This document shows, piece by piece, positions 12,557 through 23,533 of a stretch of 64,000 nt of DNA (positions within the stretch are counted from its first letter, which is position 1; each line of letters starts with the position of its first letter). The stretch comes from Strigamia acuminata. Lineage: Eukaryota. The DNA lies in contig OX442314.1 of the NCBI GenBank assembly GCA_949358305.1, forward strand, positions 32,984,001 through 33,048,000, in the 5' to 3' direction. The translations under genes were made by a program, and so were the position numbers. The notes under the pieces were generated by a model that saw nothing but the letters and a program-made list of their open reading frames with translations, was not told the DNA's origin and did not search any database.

Positions 12557-13374
12557 GTTCCACCAATCCAAGACGAACAAACGAAAGAATGAATTTCCTG
12601 CGCCTCGCGCAACCAAAAACATCCACAAGCCTTTCCGTAATTACTGCCTTGACGAATTAACGTCGACCGACCCGAAAACCGACAAACCAGACACTGGCAA
12701 GCCGAAAAAAGTCTCCAAAGACGTCCGTATTACTCCATCGTCACAAATAAGCAGAATTTGTGACAAATTACAGATCATACCCAAAGAGGTCGCGGACAAA
12801 GCCCTAAAATTGTTCGATCAAGTGCGTTGCTGGGAAAAGGTCGAAGGAGTGCCTCTCTGGGAAAACATCAGAGCACCGCGTAACCACGTCGCATTAGTCA
12901 CTTCTTGTCTGTACTTCGAGTGCGGTCGCAATCATGTTCCGGTTACGATTCGTTGAGATTTTAGAGGCAAGCTCTTCGACACACTTGAGGAAATCTGTAA
13001 ATCGATCGTGGAGGGCGATTTTAACGAAATTCGGCAAGAGTGTGGTAGCTACTGCTGAGGATTTCGTTTCGAGATTTTGCAAAGGTTTGGATCTGCCGGA
13101 AGCGGTGGAAAGTGCGGCTAAGGAGATTGCCAGAAATGCCCATAAACTGGATCTAGTAGCCGGAAGAATACCGACGTGGGTGGCCTCCGCTGCTATTTAC
13201 ATGGCGTCTCAAGCGTCGAGAGAGAAGAGATCGCGGAGGAAGATTGCGAGTGTGGTCGGACTTACCGATCAGACGATTATAAAGTCGTATGAACTGATGA
13301 TCCCCTATGCAGCCCAATTGTTTCCACAAAATTTTCGGTTCTTTACTGCTATAAAAGATTTACCAGAGAGATGA
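12557..13374 (+). pseudogene. TFIIB-core-like copy A (two cyclin repeats) with a 1-nt frameshift
   Basis: Colinear with 23570-24373; extra T at 12953/4 creates TGA; DFVSRFC..LDLVAGR..VASAAIYMASQAS..LFPQNF. Confidence 0.85.
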
Positions 13375-13784
13375 TTTGCCACACTCATTCATATAAAAAA
13401 AATAAATTTTTATTTATTAAATATCACACACAATTGATTTGAATGCAGTTTTACAGTACCAATATTAAGAAATTATAATTTTATTTGGTAAATGTTACAC
13501 TTAATTGATTTGAATGTAGTTTTACAGCACCAAAATCATGTAGAAATTGATCAAATAAAAAAAATAAAAATATACCAGTAATAATATATGTTGTACATAC
13601 AAAATGACGACTAAGCTTACGATATCATCACGGACCTAATAAAGAGGGGCATGGCGGTAACGGTAAGGCTGGAGATTGAATTCGTGCGATTTTTCCGTTG
13701 CGCCACATTCAAACGGTCGCCGCTCGAAAACCAAGAAGGGCAGAGCGTTGTCCTTTTCAGTAGGTCGTCTATAAATAAAAACCC

Positions 13785-14218
13785 GTGGTGAGATATGTTG
13801 TTGAAATATTGGAGTTTGAAATTGTGGCACCAGATTCGGAAGTTTTTGCTGTAAATATTTCGTATTCTTTATTTTATGCATTTCGTATATATTTGTGCAG
13901 CCCTTATCCTTTGTACATTTCGTATTACTGTTTTTCATGGCAAAATAGCCATTTTGTTGTCTCCATCATATGCAAGTTGTTTTCAAGCATTAAACCATGC
14001 AAGTATGTTAAACCTTGGACGTCCAAGGTTTAAGTGTCCAGTGCTCGAAAACTAAGAGGGGTAGGGTGTTGTGCGTTTCACGGTTTGTTAAGGAGAAAGT
14101 CCTCTATTTTTGAACGTAAAAACCATTGAAATCCGTAATAAAAAAAATAAAAAAAATTGGGATTCGTTCTATCTGTAGTTTGGGCGAATGTGAATGTGGT
14201 GCCAACTTCAGCCTGGTC
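13785..14218. mobile_element. Fragment of the repeat family seen at 3230-3494
   Basis: Shared GAAxTTGTGGCACCAGATT and ..GTGAATGTGGTGCCAACTTCAGCCTGGT blocks. Confidence 0.6.
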
Positions 14219-14399
14219 AGCAATTGAGCGACGTCATTGACGAACTGGCAACTTACAACGCCTAGAAGACATTAGAGCAAAGGTCAATCTCCTTAAGCGG
14301 CCAGCAAAGGTTTCTACAAAACTGTCAGGACAGTTCGGGTCTCACCCAGATCTGAATTCAACTATGAATTCCGGATTCCTAAACCTGTCGTCAACTGCA

Positions 14400-14890
14400 A
14401 GTAAAAAGAATAAAGCGAGGTTACCCAAGATAGAGATTCCAAAAGTCAGTGGCGACCCAATTGAATACAGGGGTTTTGCAAACCTGTTCAGAGTCTGCAG
14501 TGGACCAGAACGCCGATTTGTCAAAGGTCGAGAAACTGCAATATTTGCGATCCAGTTGCATTGGAGCAGGGCTGGACTGGGAACAAATTTATGGCCGGGA
14601 AATCTGGGTGTCCGGGCCACAATTAATGAAGTCGGGACAGGCTACAGCCGGCTGCGACGGGCCACAGCGGCCACGGGCCACCGGGAAACTCCCGGTAGCC
14701 CGCCGGGCCAGTCCAGCACTGCATTGGAGCAGCCAAGGCAGCCATTAAATCGAATCAAAATCGCATACTCGTGTGTGTATATTGCGATGGAGATCACTTC
14801 GATGCCAACTGCAATGCGGAATCGGATATACCTGCCAAAATCGAAATCGTTAAGCGAAAAAGTTTGTTTTAATTGCTTACGACAGTTATA
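14400..14890 (+). pseudogene. Bel/Pao gag (DUF1759-type) relic
   Basis: RLPKIEIPKVSGDPIEYRGF, AVDQNADLSKVEKLQYLRS, later CFNCL; frameshifted and MITE-interrupted. Confidence 0.7.
14567..14721. mobile_element. 155-bp hAT-like MITE
   Basis: TIR CAGGGCTGGACTGG / CCAGTCCAGCACTG; 8-bp TSD CATTGGAG. Confidence 0.9.
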
Positions 14891-15452
14891 CTGCAAGAGA
14901 CTGTTCGATGAAATGCTGTCCGTGGCCAGCACAATTCTGTGTGCTGGGAGAGAGGCGTTGCCGCAAACCAGGACGACGCGTCGTCGGTTAATGCGGTGTG
15001 TTTGAGGAGGCGAACATGTATTTGGTGAATAACATTTCATCCTTGTTTTCGTCCGCAGATTCGTCGCTGGTTATTTTGGTTACTGCCGGCCGTTTCAATA
15101 TTTGCGAGGACGATTTTAAAGGTTGCATCTGCATCTTGAGAATTTTGTGAGGTCAATTGAAAATTTGTGAATTCGTCAATCCATCCATTTGCATCGCTAT
15201 TGCCAACAAGGCTTAGATTTTAAAAATAAATAATAACACCAATTTATGAAAACGTCATGAGTTACGTTTTTTTTTAAATAACTAGACACAGGACAACACT
15301 CAAAGTGGAAATTAAAATTTTAATTTTCAGAAAATGTGATTAAAGCGAGTACAAAACAATGGTAAACTTAAATTTCTATCGAATTCATTCGCAACACTAT
15401 TAAATATCATGAACGTCCTATGAACGTTTGTAATTGTAACGTCGTACATAAG

Positions 15453-15459
15453 TATAAAA
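15453..15459 (+). promoter_or_regulatory. TATA box upstream of the TBP-like gene
   Basis: TATAAAA ~70 bp before ATG 15529. Confidence 0.45.
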
Positions 15460-15528
15460 CAAGTAGTATATATCCGTTCAATCAACAAGAACATGTCATT
15501 AACTTGATTCTCTCAAACCGAACCAGTC

Positions 15529-16272
15529 ATGTCAAATCCTACTCAAGCGATGCTGGCCGAACTCAATAAGGAATTCGAGAATGAACAGTCTGGGCCGTCT
15601 GGGGATGGTCTAAGGCTACAAAATATTGTGGCCACAGCACAGATGAACTGCAAATTAAATTTGGGAAACGTCACTTTGAACGCACGAAACTGCGAGTACG
15701 ACCCAAAAAAATTTCCGGCCGTAGTAATGCGAATCCGAAAACCAAAAACGACAGCACTTATTTTTAGTAATGGTAAACTCGTCTGTATTGGTGCAAAAAC
15801 TGAAGAGCTGGCGCGAACTGCCGTGAAAAGATTTGCAAGAATTGTTCAAAGAGTAGGATATGAAGTGAAACTTTGCAAATTCGAAATCCAAAATATAGTG
15901 GCAAGTGCTGATCTCAAAGGGAAAATTAATTTAACTATAGTAGACTTGTATCCCCCATGCGAGACACCTACTGGCGACCTCGCGGAAATTAGTTACCAAC
16001 CAGAATTATTTCCTGGCTTAGCTTATCGATTGCGGAAACCTTGTGTTGTAATTTTGGCGTTTGAATCAGGTAAAATAGTCATCACAGGCGCTCACAAGAC
16101 GTCAGAAATCGTCGAAGCGTATGATATCGTTTTGCCAATATTACAACAGTATGTGAAAAACAACGAAAATTATCTTACGCCAAAAGAACACTACGACAAC
16201 AGCGTGAAATATAAACTTTTGAGAAACGAAGCAGAACTGGAGAATAGAAGGAGAAAAATGCAAAAACTGTAA
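15529..16272 (+). CDS. Divergent intronless TATA-binding protein paralog (TBP/TRF-like)
   Basis: Both TBP repeats: LQNIVAT..EYDPKKFPAVVMRIRKPKTTALIFSNGKLVCIGAK and IQNIVAS..YQPELFPGLAYRL..LAFESGKIVITGA; AATAAA right after the stop. Confidence 0.95.
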   Translation: MSNPTQAMLAELNKEFENEQSGPSGDGLRLQNIVATAQMNCKLNLGNVTLNARNCEYDPKKFPAVVMRIRKPKTTALIFSNGKLVCIGAKTEELARTAVKRFARIVQRVGYEVKLCKFEIQNIVASADLKGKINLTIVDLYPPCETPTGDLAEISYQPELFPGLAYRLRKPCVVILAFESGKIVITGAHKTSEIVEAYDIVLPILQQYVKNNENYLTPKEHYDNSVKYKLLRNEAELENRRRKMQKL

Positions 16273-18210
16273 ATAAAATAAAACAAGTAAAACAAAAAAA
16301 CTACGTTTTTGAAAAAGACTTTTATGCTGTATCCCTGCGAAATTAGAATCCAGAATAAAAATTTGGCAATTGACAGATCGTTTTTTAGCAAATAAAAAAA
16401 AACTAAAGTTCAGATCAAAAAATTGTTGGCACCCTTTAAAAGAGCGGCAAATTCTGCACAGGAAACATATTTTAAATATTCTAATCGGTTCATTTTTGAT
16501 TTTTTTAGGGTCGAATTCAAATTTCCCACTAAATTTGCCATGCGGTCGCTGGCTACAATCGTAAAAAAACTTACTTTTTCTTTACCGAATCAAAAGAAAA
16601 AATTCACAGGCTTGCGCAGAATGCAATTTCGAATCGAATAAGCCTGGTTTCAGAAGTTTTAAATCTCTTTTTAGTACCGAAAACATCAAAATTCGTATCA
16701 GACGAACATTTTGGCATTCATTAAAAAACACGGGTTCCGCCAGGTGGCGCTCCGGTATGCTTACAGTTTGCCGTAAATCAGAGTTTTCAGCATTCGTACT
16801 TCCAGTCCACAGCGCTTAAAAATGAGTCTTTTTTTTCTTTTCTTTTATTATAATGTGTAGAATGACCTGTTCTAGGGCTTGACGTCGGCCAAAATTTAAT
16901 TTTTTGTTTCGCTGAATTAATTTTTGGAAAAAACACCCAAAATTAGACAAACCAGAAGTTGAAACACACACACACACACACAAACGTTCAAGGTAAGTTA
17001 AATAAAAGCCTTTAATAATAAAACAAGACAATTTCCAAACTACCGGTACAAACATTCCTGCTATTTTTTTTGTATATTATTCTGTTCAATTTATCTCCCA
17101 TTGCAATAAACACTGGGCTTCATAAATGTACACTTTTGCCAAAGTATTTGATATTTTCTGCCAGAGATGTGTATGTCCAAATCCAAACACATCCAAAGTA
17201 ACAGCGATGAATTCTTATAATCAAAGCGTAACGACAACATCCACTGGCCGAACGTTCCTGTTATAATTTGTGACGGTTATAAACCCGTAGTTATCAATGT
17301 TCACAATAGATGGCGCTGTTTACTAAACGCGCGTAATTCAAACTCGAGAAAAGTAAAAGTTGTGATGAATCATTACTTTGACACGGAAAATAAAATATAA
17401 CTATTTTATTAAATATAATTTAAGTATTAGTATAGTAGTAAAGTAGTATTAGTATTAGTGTGGGGAGTTACTACACGGGAGGGACGCATACATCACGTAA
17501 AGACGAGACAAATGTGACCAACTGGCCACTGCCAGTCGGCACTGGCAACAGTAAAGAGAGGATCCTCAGCAGCTCCTACGGCTTACCGTCGGAGCTACGT
17601 CCTGATTGTAGCCAATCAGGATAGAGGATTCTGCAAGGTCTTTTCGAGGTCCGGACTGACCACGAGGGACAGAACAACACCAGCCACGAGAGTGACTGGT
17701 CGCGTTGCTATTGTAGGTGACGATGGCGATTACGATCGCGATGGCAATACCAATAACTGGCAAGGTCGCCCTCAAGTCTGAAGGGACTTGAGCCGACCCG
17801 TTGGGCCGTGATGCGAGGCACGGCGTGGTATTAGACTAACCGACCACGCTGCCCATGTGGCCTTCGGCCACGTGGTCAGCGGTTGGTCTGGGTTGGGTTG
17901 CTGAAAGGTAACTCAACATCCAAGGCAATAACACGACGACACACTAACCCCTAGACAACCATGGCAATAAAAAATATCAATCATAAACTGTGTGTCTCTG
18001 TGTTTTGTATAATCGTGAATGGTGTCCAAACGCCCATGGTCCTCCCCTGACCATTAGGCGACCGACCGCCACTCACACAGAGACTCCAGATTGTTGGGTT
18101 TTGGCCTTTAATCGTTGTCTAGGGGTTGGGGTCTACTGCCTCACTGTGTGGAGTGCTGTTAGGCATGCTACACCGGCAACCAGCGTAGCCCCCATGTACA
18201 AAGTGGTCGG

Positions 18211-18285
18211 ATGCCTCAGACGAACATTCTGCTGTACTTACCTAGAGCCCATGTAGCCATTCATGGTAATGCAACAGCCATCATA
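18211..18285 (+). pseudogene. Possible non-LTR retrotransposon RNase H relic
   Basis: ILLYLPRAHVAIHGNATA resembles W(I/V)PxHxGIxGNExAD. Confidence 0.35.
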
Positions 18286-18548
18286 CTGCAACTGAGCGTC
18301 ACAGTGGTGAATGGTGAGAGGAACGGAGTAGTAGTTGTCTCTACTATGGTTGGGACCGTGGCAGCTGCACCTGACACGTCTTTACCCTCAATTCCCTCAG
18401 CAACGTCTCTTCTGTCACCACACCACTCTGCTCTTACCTCACCTGCTAGGTCAGTCTACTCCTCCAAGGAGGGGACGGCTTGGGGCCGCCAGGCGGTGTG
18501 TGGAGTGACGTAGGCAACTAGGGTGGCTAAACGATCACACTCGCTTAA

Positions 18549-19016
18549 CCCTTGGATGGAGGCATAAGGCTATACGGATTTATGAACAAGCTCTTTCTTG
18601 AATAGGAAAATTTTTTTTTCTATAAATTATTTTTGCTGAAAATTTGTGACTTTGTTTATCTGATAATAAAGTAAATATCAGGTGAAATTTGTATTGATTT
18701 ATCATTTATTTAATTAGTTATTCTAATTGCAAAATTGGTGCCCCTTAAAACTCCAGTAAAATTTATAAACAGGCTTTGCTGCTTTAGTAAAGAGCGCTTC
18801 AGTGAACAGCCTTTTTACATTTACTGGTAGTGTTTAAAACCATCACCAGATGGTTCAAAGTTCATAATTCTTGCATTAACATATTGCGCCCTCTATAAAA
18901 TTAGTAAAGAACTACAAAAAACCTAAACAGCGCTTCCACTAATTGACCTGAAAATTGTCCTTAAATCCGTAATGGCTTATACCAGAACGGCACATTTTAC
19001 CCTTATGCCTCAAGGG
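18549..19016. mobile_element. piggyBac-like MITE
   Basis: TTAA|CCCTTG..GAGGCATAAGG ... CCTTATGCCTCAAGGG|TTAA. Confidence 0.8.
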
Positions 19017-19025
19017 TTAAACATG

Positions 19026-19320
19026 TTACAATTTCCTCAAAGTCAGCATGTGCGTGTTGATGATCACTTCTTTGCGCCCGAATCGTTTCTGCAAGAGTTC
19101 TACGGCAGCTTTATAATTCTCGTTGCTAATTTTTAAACCTTTGTCGACTGCTGCCGCTGTGCCCTCCAAAACCGAATTTAAGTATACAAACTTTGCTTTT
19201 GTGGTGATCGACCCGTTACTGTTCACACTCAAATCTAAGTTGGACCAAAAGTTGCTCCATTCCGTTGGGTTACCACTGAATTTCGAGATCTCCAGCTTCG
19301 GAAGTCGAATGTTCCCGCCG
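19026..19320 (-). pseudogene. Bel/Pao gag (DUF1759-type) fragment
   Basis: RLPKLEISKFSGNPTEWSNFW..KFVYLNSVLEGTAA..ISNENYKAAVELLQKRFG. Confidence 0.8.
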
Positions 19321-19353
19321 TTTGATCCATTGTTCGAAACGACGCCATTTGTA

Positions 19354-20121
19354 GGTTTGGATCTGCCAGACGCGGTGGAAAGTTCGGCTAAGGAGATTGT
19401 AAGAAATGCCCATAAACTGGGTCTAGTAACCGGAAGATTGTCGGCGTCGGTGGCGTCCGCTGCTGCTTACATGGCGTCCCAAACGTCGAGAGAGAAGAGA
19501 TCGCGGAAAGAAATTGCGAGTGTGGTAGGAATTGCCGATCCGACGATTGTAAAGTCGTATGAACTAATGATTGTCAAAACTGAGTTGATCAGTTTTATTT
19601 TATATGTATTCAATTTGTATAATCAATTTTATTCTGTTTGTTTTCAATTTATATAATCAGTTTTATTCTATTTGTTTTTGATTCATATCATTTAGAGTTT
19701 TTATTAGATAATTTTCAGTGCTTTTAATTATATAATTTTAGTGTTTTTGTCTAATTATATTTCAACATTTAGGTCACATTTGTTTACAATTTTAGTTTGT
19801 GTGGTCTTTGCTGTTAGAGTGACCCCTCCTCAGTTGAGGGGGATTTTGGTGTTCTGTTTTATTTCCCCTTTCCTTGTGTAAACAACTGTGACACCCACCT
19901 ATTAGTGCCACACACTTTGAAATAAAGTAAACCAGTCTCACATCAACTGACCAGTCAAGTCGTGTCATTTTTGTGTCTTTCAAAACTAATTTTAATAAAC
20001 TTCTAATCGAGGACTGTATTTCCCCATATTTCCCTATCCAAATCGGAAAATGATGCCCCGTGCAGCCGAATTGTTTCCACAGGATTTTCGGTTTTATACT
20101 GCTATAGAAGATTTACCAGAG
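19354..20121 (+). pseudogene. TFIIB-core-like copy B (second cyclin repeat only), interrupted
   Basis: GLDLPDAVESSAKEI..SYELM | MPRAAELFPQDFRFYTAIEDLPE; split by a 478-bp insertion. Confidence 0.85.
19572..20049. mobile_element. Probable solo LTR
   Basis: Starts TGT; 5-bp TSD ATGAT; AATAAA inside; removal restores the TFIIB frame; 3' end is not a canonical CA. Confidence 0.6.
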
Positions 20122-20404
20122 ATGAATTGCTACACTCATTCATTTAAATGTAGTTTTGCTGTACACAATTCTTCACGACCTCGCCAGAGAAGAAACTCGA
20201 GTTCCGTGAACTCGAGGAGACCATGGATGACAAAGCAGGTCTGAAATTGCAAACCAGACTGCCATTTGTATTTAGGCCTGGCCAACTGAATGCTGCCGCT
20301 CGGATATAATAAGTACCGTATTCATATACGGGACGTCGCCGTTAAGAAATTGATTCTGATCAAGTAATTGATTCTGATCAGACTGAAAATGCAACTAATG
20401 TTAA

Positions 20405-21008
20405 CCCTCAGATGGTCAATCTCCAAAGACGACGCTTTGGTGCCCACAATGTACCTATTTGGGTGCAAAATAATTAAATAAAAAAGGCCCGTAGCTGAAG
20501 CGCTTTAGGGTAGTGCGAAAAATTGTCGCACTTGGCGCTCCTGTTTTTGGTCTCCCCATGCTTCGGTTTGGTTAAAAATATCAATATTATATATACATAA
20601 TTATATACATAATAGTGAGAACGAATTTGGAATGGAATTGAAACGGAATTGGAACGAAATTAGAACAAAATGGAAACGTAATCGAAACGCGTAATCACTT
20701 GTGTTGGACTACTAGCGCCATACGGTGTCTGCTGGTAAAAATGGGAAGCACTAAGTAGAAGCGCTTTTATGTGATTGGGAGAAGCCAACTTAAATTTAAG
20801 CTGGGATTTCTAAGGGGCAGAATTTTTAAAGGTGAATAAATAAATAAATAACGCACTCCACAGAACACTCCAAAATTTTTTTTAGACAAACCTTATTGTT
20901 GTGTGAACAAAGTCAGAAATTTTCAGAAAATTATATTACACCAAAAAAAGTTTTCCTATTCAAGAAGAGTGTTGCACCCAAATAGGTATAGGGTTGCCCA
21001 TCTGAGGG
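20405..21008. mobile_element. piggyBac-like MITE related to 18549-19016, opposite orientation
   Basis: TTAA|CCCTCAGATGG ... CCATCTGAGGG|TTAA; shared TCTTGAATAGGAAAA block. Confidence 0.85.
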
Positions 21009-22498
21009 TTAATATAATTAGTGTACAGAAGCTAGTACCTAACATCTAATGAAAAAAAGACTTTTTCCTAAAAATCCTTTCTTGACGTGTACAAGTCCAT
21101 CCAGAGATGTGCCTCGCTGCTACCGTAGTGGTCATCACTTCCAACATCCTAATCAGATTTCCTATTCCAATCCCAATCCCTTTTTTGTGTTGTGTTCTGA
21201 GATGTGTATACTTTAATGATAAACTTGTGTCTACTTTAGAAAATTGCAATTTTCTTAAAAAAATTTTAGTATATAAGATTTGAGGAGTAGTCATTTTTAG
21301 ACTAAACAAATGTTGCTCCATAAGTTTACAATTGGAAATTTCTGTCTATCTCTAATGGTTTCTAAGATAAATTTCCAATGACCTTGATGTAACATCCAAA
21401 CGTCACCCTACTTTTAATAATTTACCGCCATTGGATTAGATGCATTGTCTGCACTTTCAGAAATATTTAGTAGAGTTACAGACTTTTTTCACAGGGAGAG
21501 AAACCAGTTGGGGTGACATTACAATTGTTAGAATTGTGTGACTTTGTAGTAATGGCGATTTTGATAACAGTGAAGCATGGTAGGAGAAGTCCTGATGGGT
21601 TGGGTCCTCTTTTTCTTAGATGACATAATAGACATGGCCATGTACAAGAAAATATTCCAGACTAAATATCCTTCCATTTGCACAAGATGCAGGCGACATC
21701 TCACAATGCTCATTATGCAGATGAAAGGTGGACTCCATTTTCCAAACCTTAAAAACCTTACAAATTTAACTCTTTTTTTATTTGTTATGTTGGTTAAGAA
21801 AATAGAACTAGCAAACCGGCTCATCCTTTTTAAGACTGCTTTAAGACTGTTTTAAGACTGTTCAGGATCTTAATAAATTCCAGCAGATAATTTATGTTGG
21901 AATTTAATCACTAAGTTGGCATAAACTTTCTTCACTTGCCATGTTGTATCTATCCACACTCAAAGCATGCACCATCTTCAATACTGTTTCCATCAGCTTA
22001 TTAGTTATGAAAAGAATTGGCCTCATCTTTCAGTGCGTCGGCGCCATTTAATTTGAATGCAGTCTTGCCATACCAAAATCAGGTAAACACAATTCTGTTT
22101 GGTAAATGCTACACTCATTTCATTTGAGTGCAGTCTTACAGTACCAATATTAAGAAAAGACTATCTTATTCGGTAAATGCTACACTCATTTGATTTGAAT
22201 GCAGTCTTACAGTAGCCTAAATTAAGAAAGCGAAAAAGAGGAATAGAAAGCACCAAAAGAAGTGATAACATGGAATCTAGAACGGAATTCGTGCAGCAAC
22301 GACCCAAAAATTGGCAACAACAAAAAAATTGAAAATAAATCAACGTTTTTTTAAAAATGATTTAACAAATAAATATTGTGTTCCCAAAACAAGATTTACC
22401 GGTAATAATAATACATGTTCTACAAAATGGCGACTACGATATCATGATGCAATTCAAATGGCTGGCGATGAAAGAACAAGGAGAAAGAAGAAAAAATC

Positions 22499-22997
22499 GG
22501 GCTTACTTTAGAAAAGGGCCCGCTTCGGAATGGGCCCAAAATTTGGTTTCTTACCAAACAAGGTACGCTGAGTCCGAAAATGACACTCAAAAGTGTCGGA
22601 AATTAAGTTATCTGGTTGAAAATGCTGAGTAAAAGATCTCGTTTACATGAGCCAAAGGGCTGTGTGGCCGCCATTGTTGCTTGATTATCTTGCTGCTCGA
22701 TTATCTCTGTCTGCATAAAAAAAACGGGTTAGGTGAGGTTCCTGGTATCAAGGGGGGGGCGCTAGCCCCCCCTTGTTAGGAAAAAAAAGAAAAAAACACG
22801 CAATCGACGCATCGAGCAATAATGGCGGCCACGCGGCCGTGCATTCTGTGCATTCGACGTAGTCCGAAGCTGTTTTCGACCGGAACGCTTCATTTCCGAC
22901 AATTTTTAGGTGTCATTTTCGGACACAGCACGCTTTAATTAGTAAGTAAAAAAAGTTTGGGCCCGTTCCGAAGCGGGCCCTTTTCTAAAGTAACTCC
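22499..22997. mobile_element. MITE with ~110-bp imperfect TIRs (Mutator-like?)
   Basis: TTACTTTAGAAAAGGGCCCGCTTCGGAA inverted at both ends; TSD AAAAAATC; empty site at ~10050. Confidence 0.85.
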
Positions 22998-23533
22998 AAA
23001 AAATCCGTAATTAATAAATACCGAAAGGCACACCAGATAATGACTCGAAATTAAATCGTAATCCAAACCATTTTCAATCAAAACTCGAGCATAAAACATG
23101 AAAACAAATGAAGAAAAGCGGCGAGCACGAATAAATCGCCGCAACAACGAACCGACAAACAAAGAGCTTCTTCTTCAGCTACAAAGAATCATTGCGCATG
23201 CGCCACATACCCTCGTATCCGCTCAACTCGAATACTCTCGAAAACGTTTATAACGCAGATAACAATGAAAAATTATAATTCATAAAAAACTCGCAAACTC
23301 CCGGAAAACTCGGAAAACCAACTTACCGTGTTCAGGCTCGGTTGAAAACTGTTGAAACCCCGCGATAACAAATTATTTCCAGGACGGTCCAAGCTCGAGA
23401 ACACACTTCAGAAATCACAAGTAACATCGATCATACGTTCTCAGAGGAACGAGACAACCGTTTTATTTTATTTCTATATAAAACAGACTGCTCATTCTTT
23501 CTAATTGAATAACACAGTGTGCGCCGAACCAAA

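Noticed and set aside
14364..15005. 213-aa ORF as a real gene
   Set aside because: Read-through of a frameshifted Pao relic and a MITE
11533..16272. Giant-virus insertion as the source of TBP/TFIIB
   Set aside because: TFIIB core and tail look animal-type; no capsid, polB or packaging ATPase; low gene density. Not fully excluded without phylogeny
19123..19656. 177-aa ORF as a real gene
   Set aside because: Chimera of antisense Pao gag, TFIIB fragment and insertion sequence
21046..21855. Short ORFs with KKGIG or CDFVV-like words
   Set aside because: Isolated short matches among many stops
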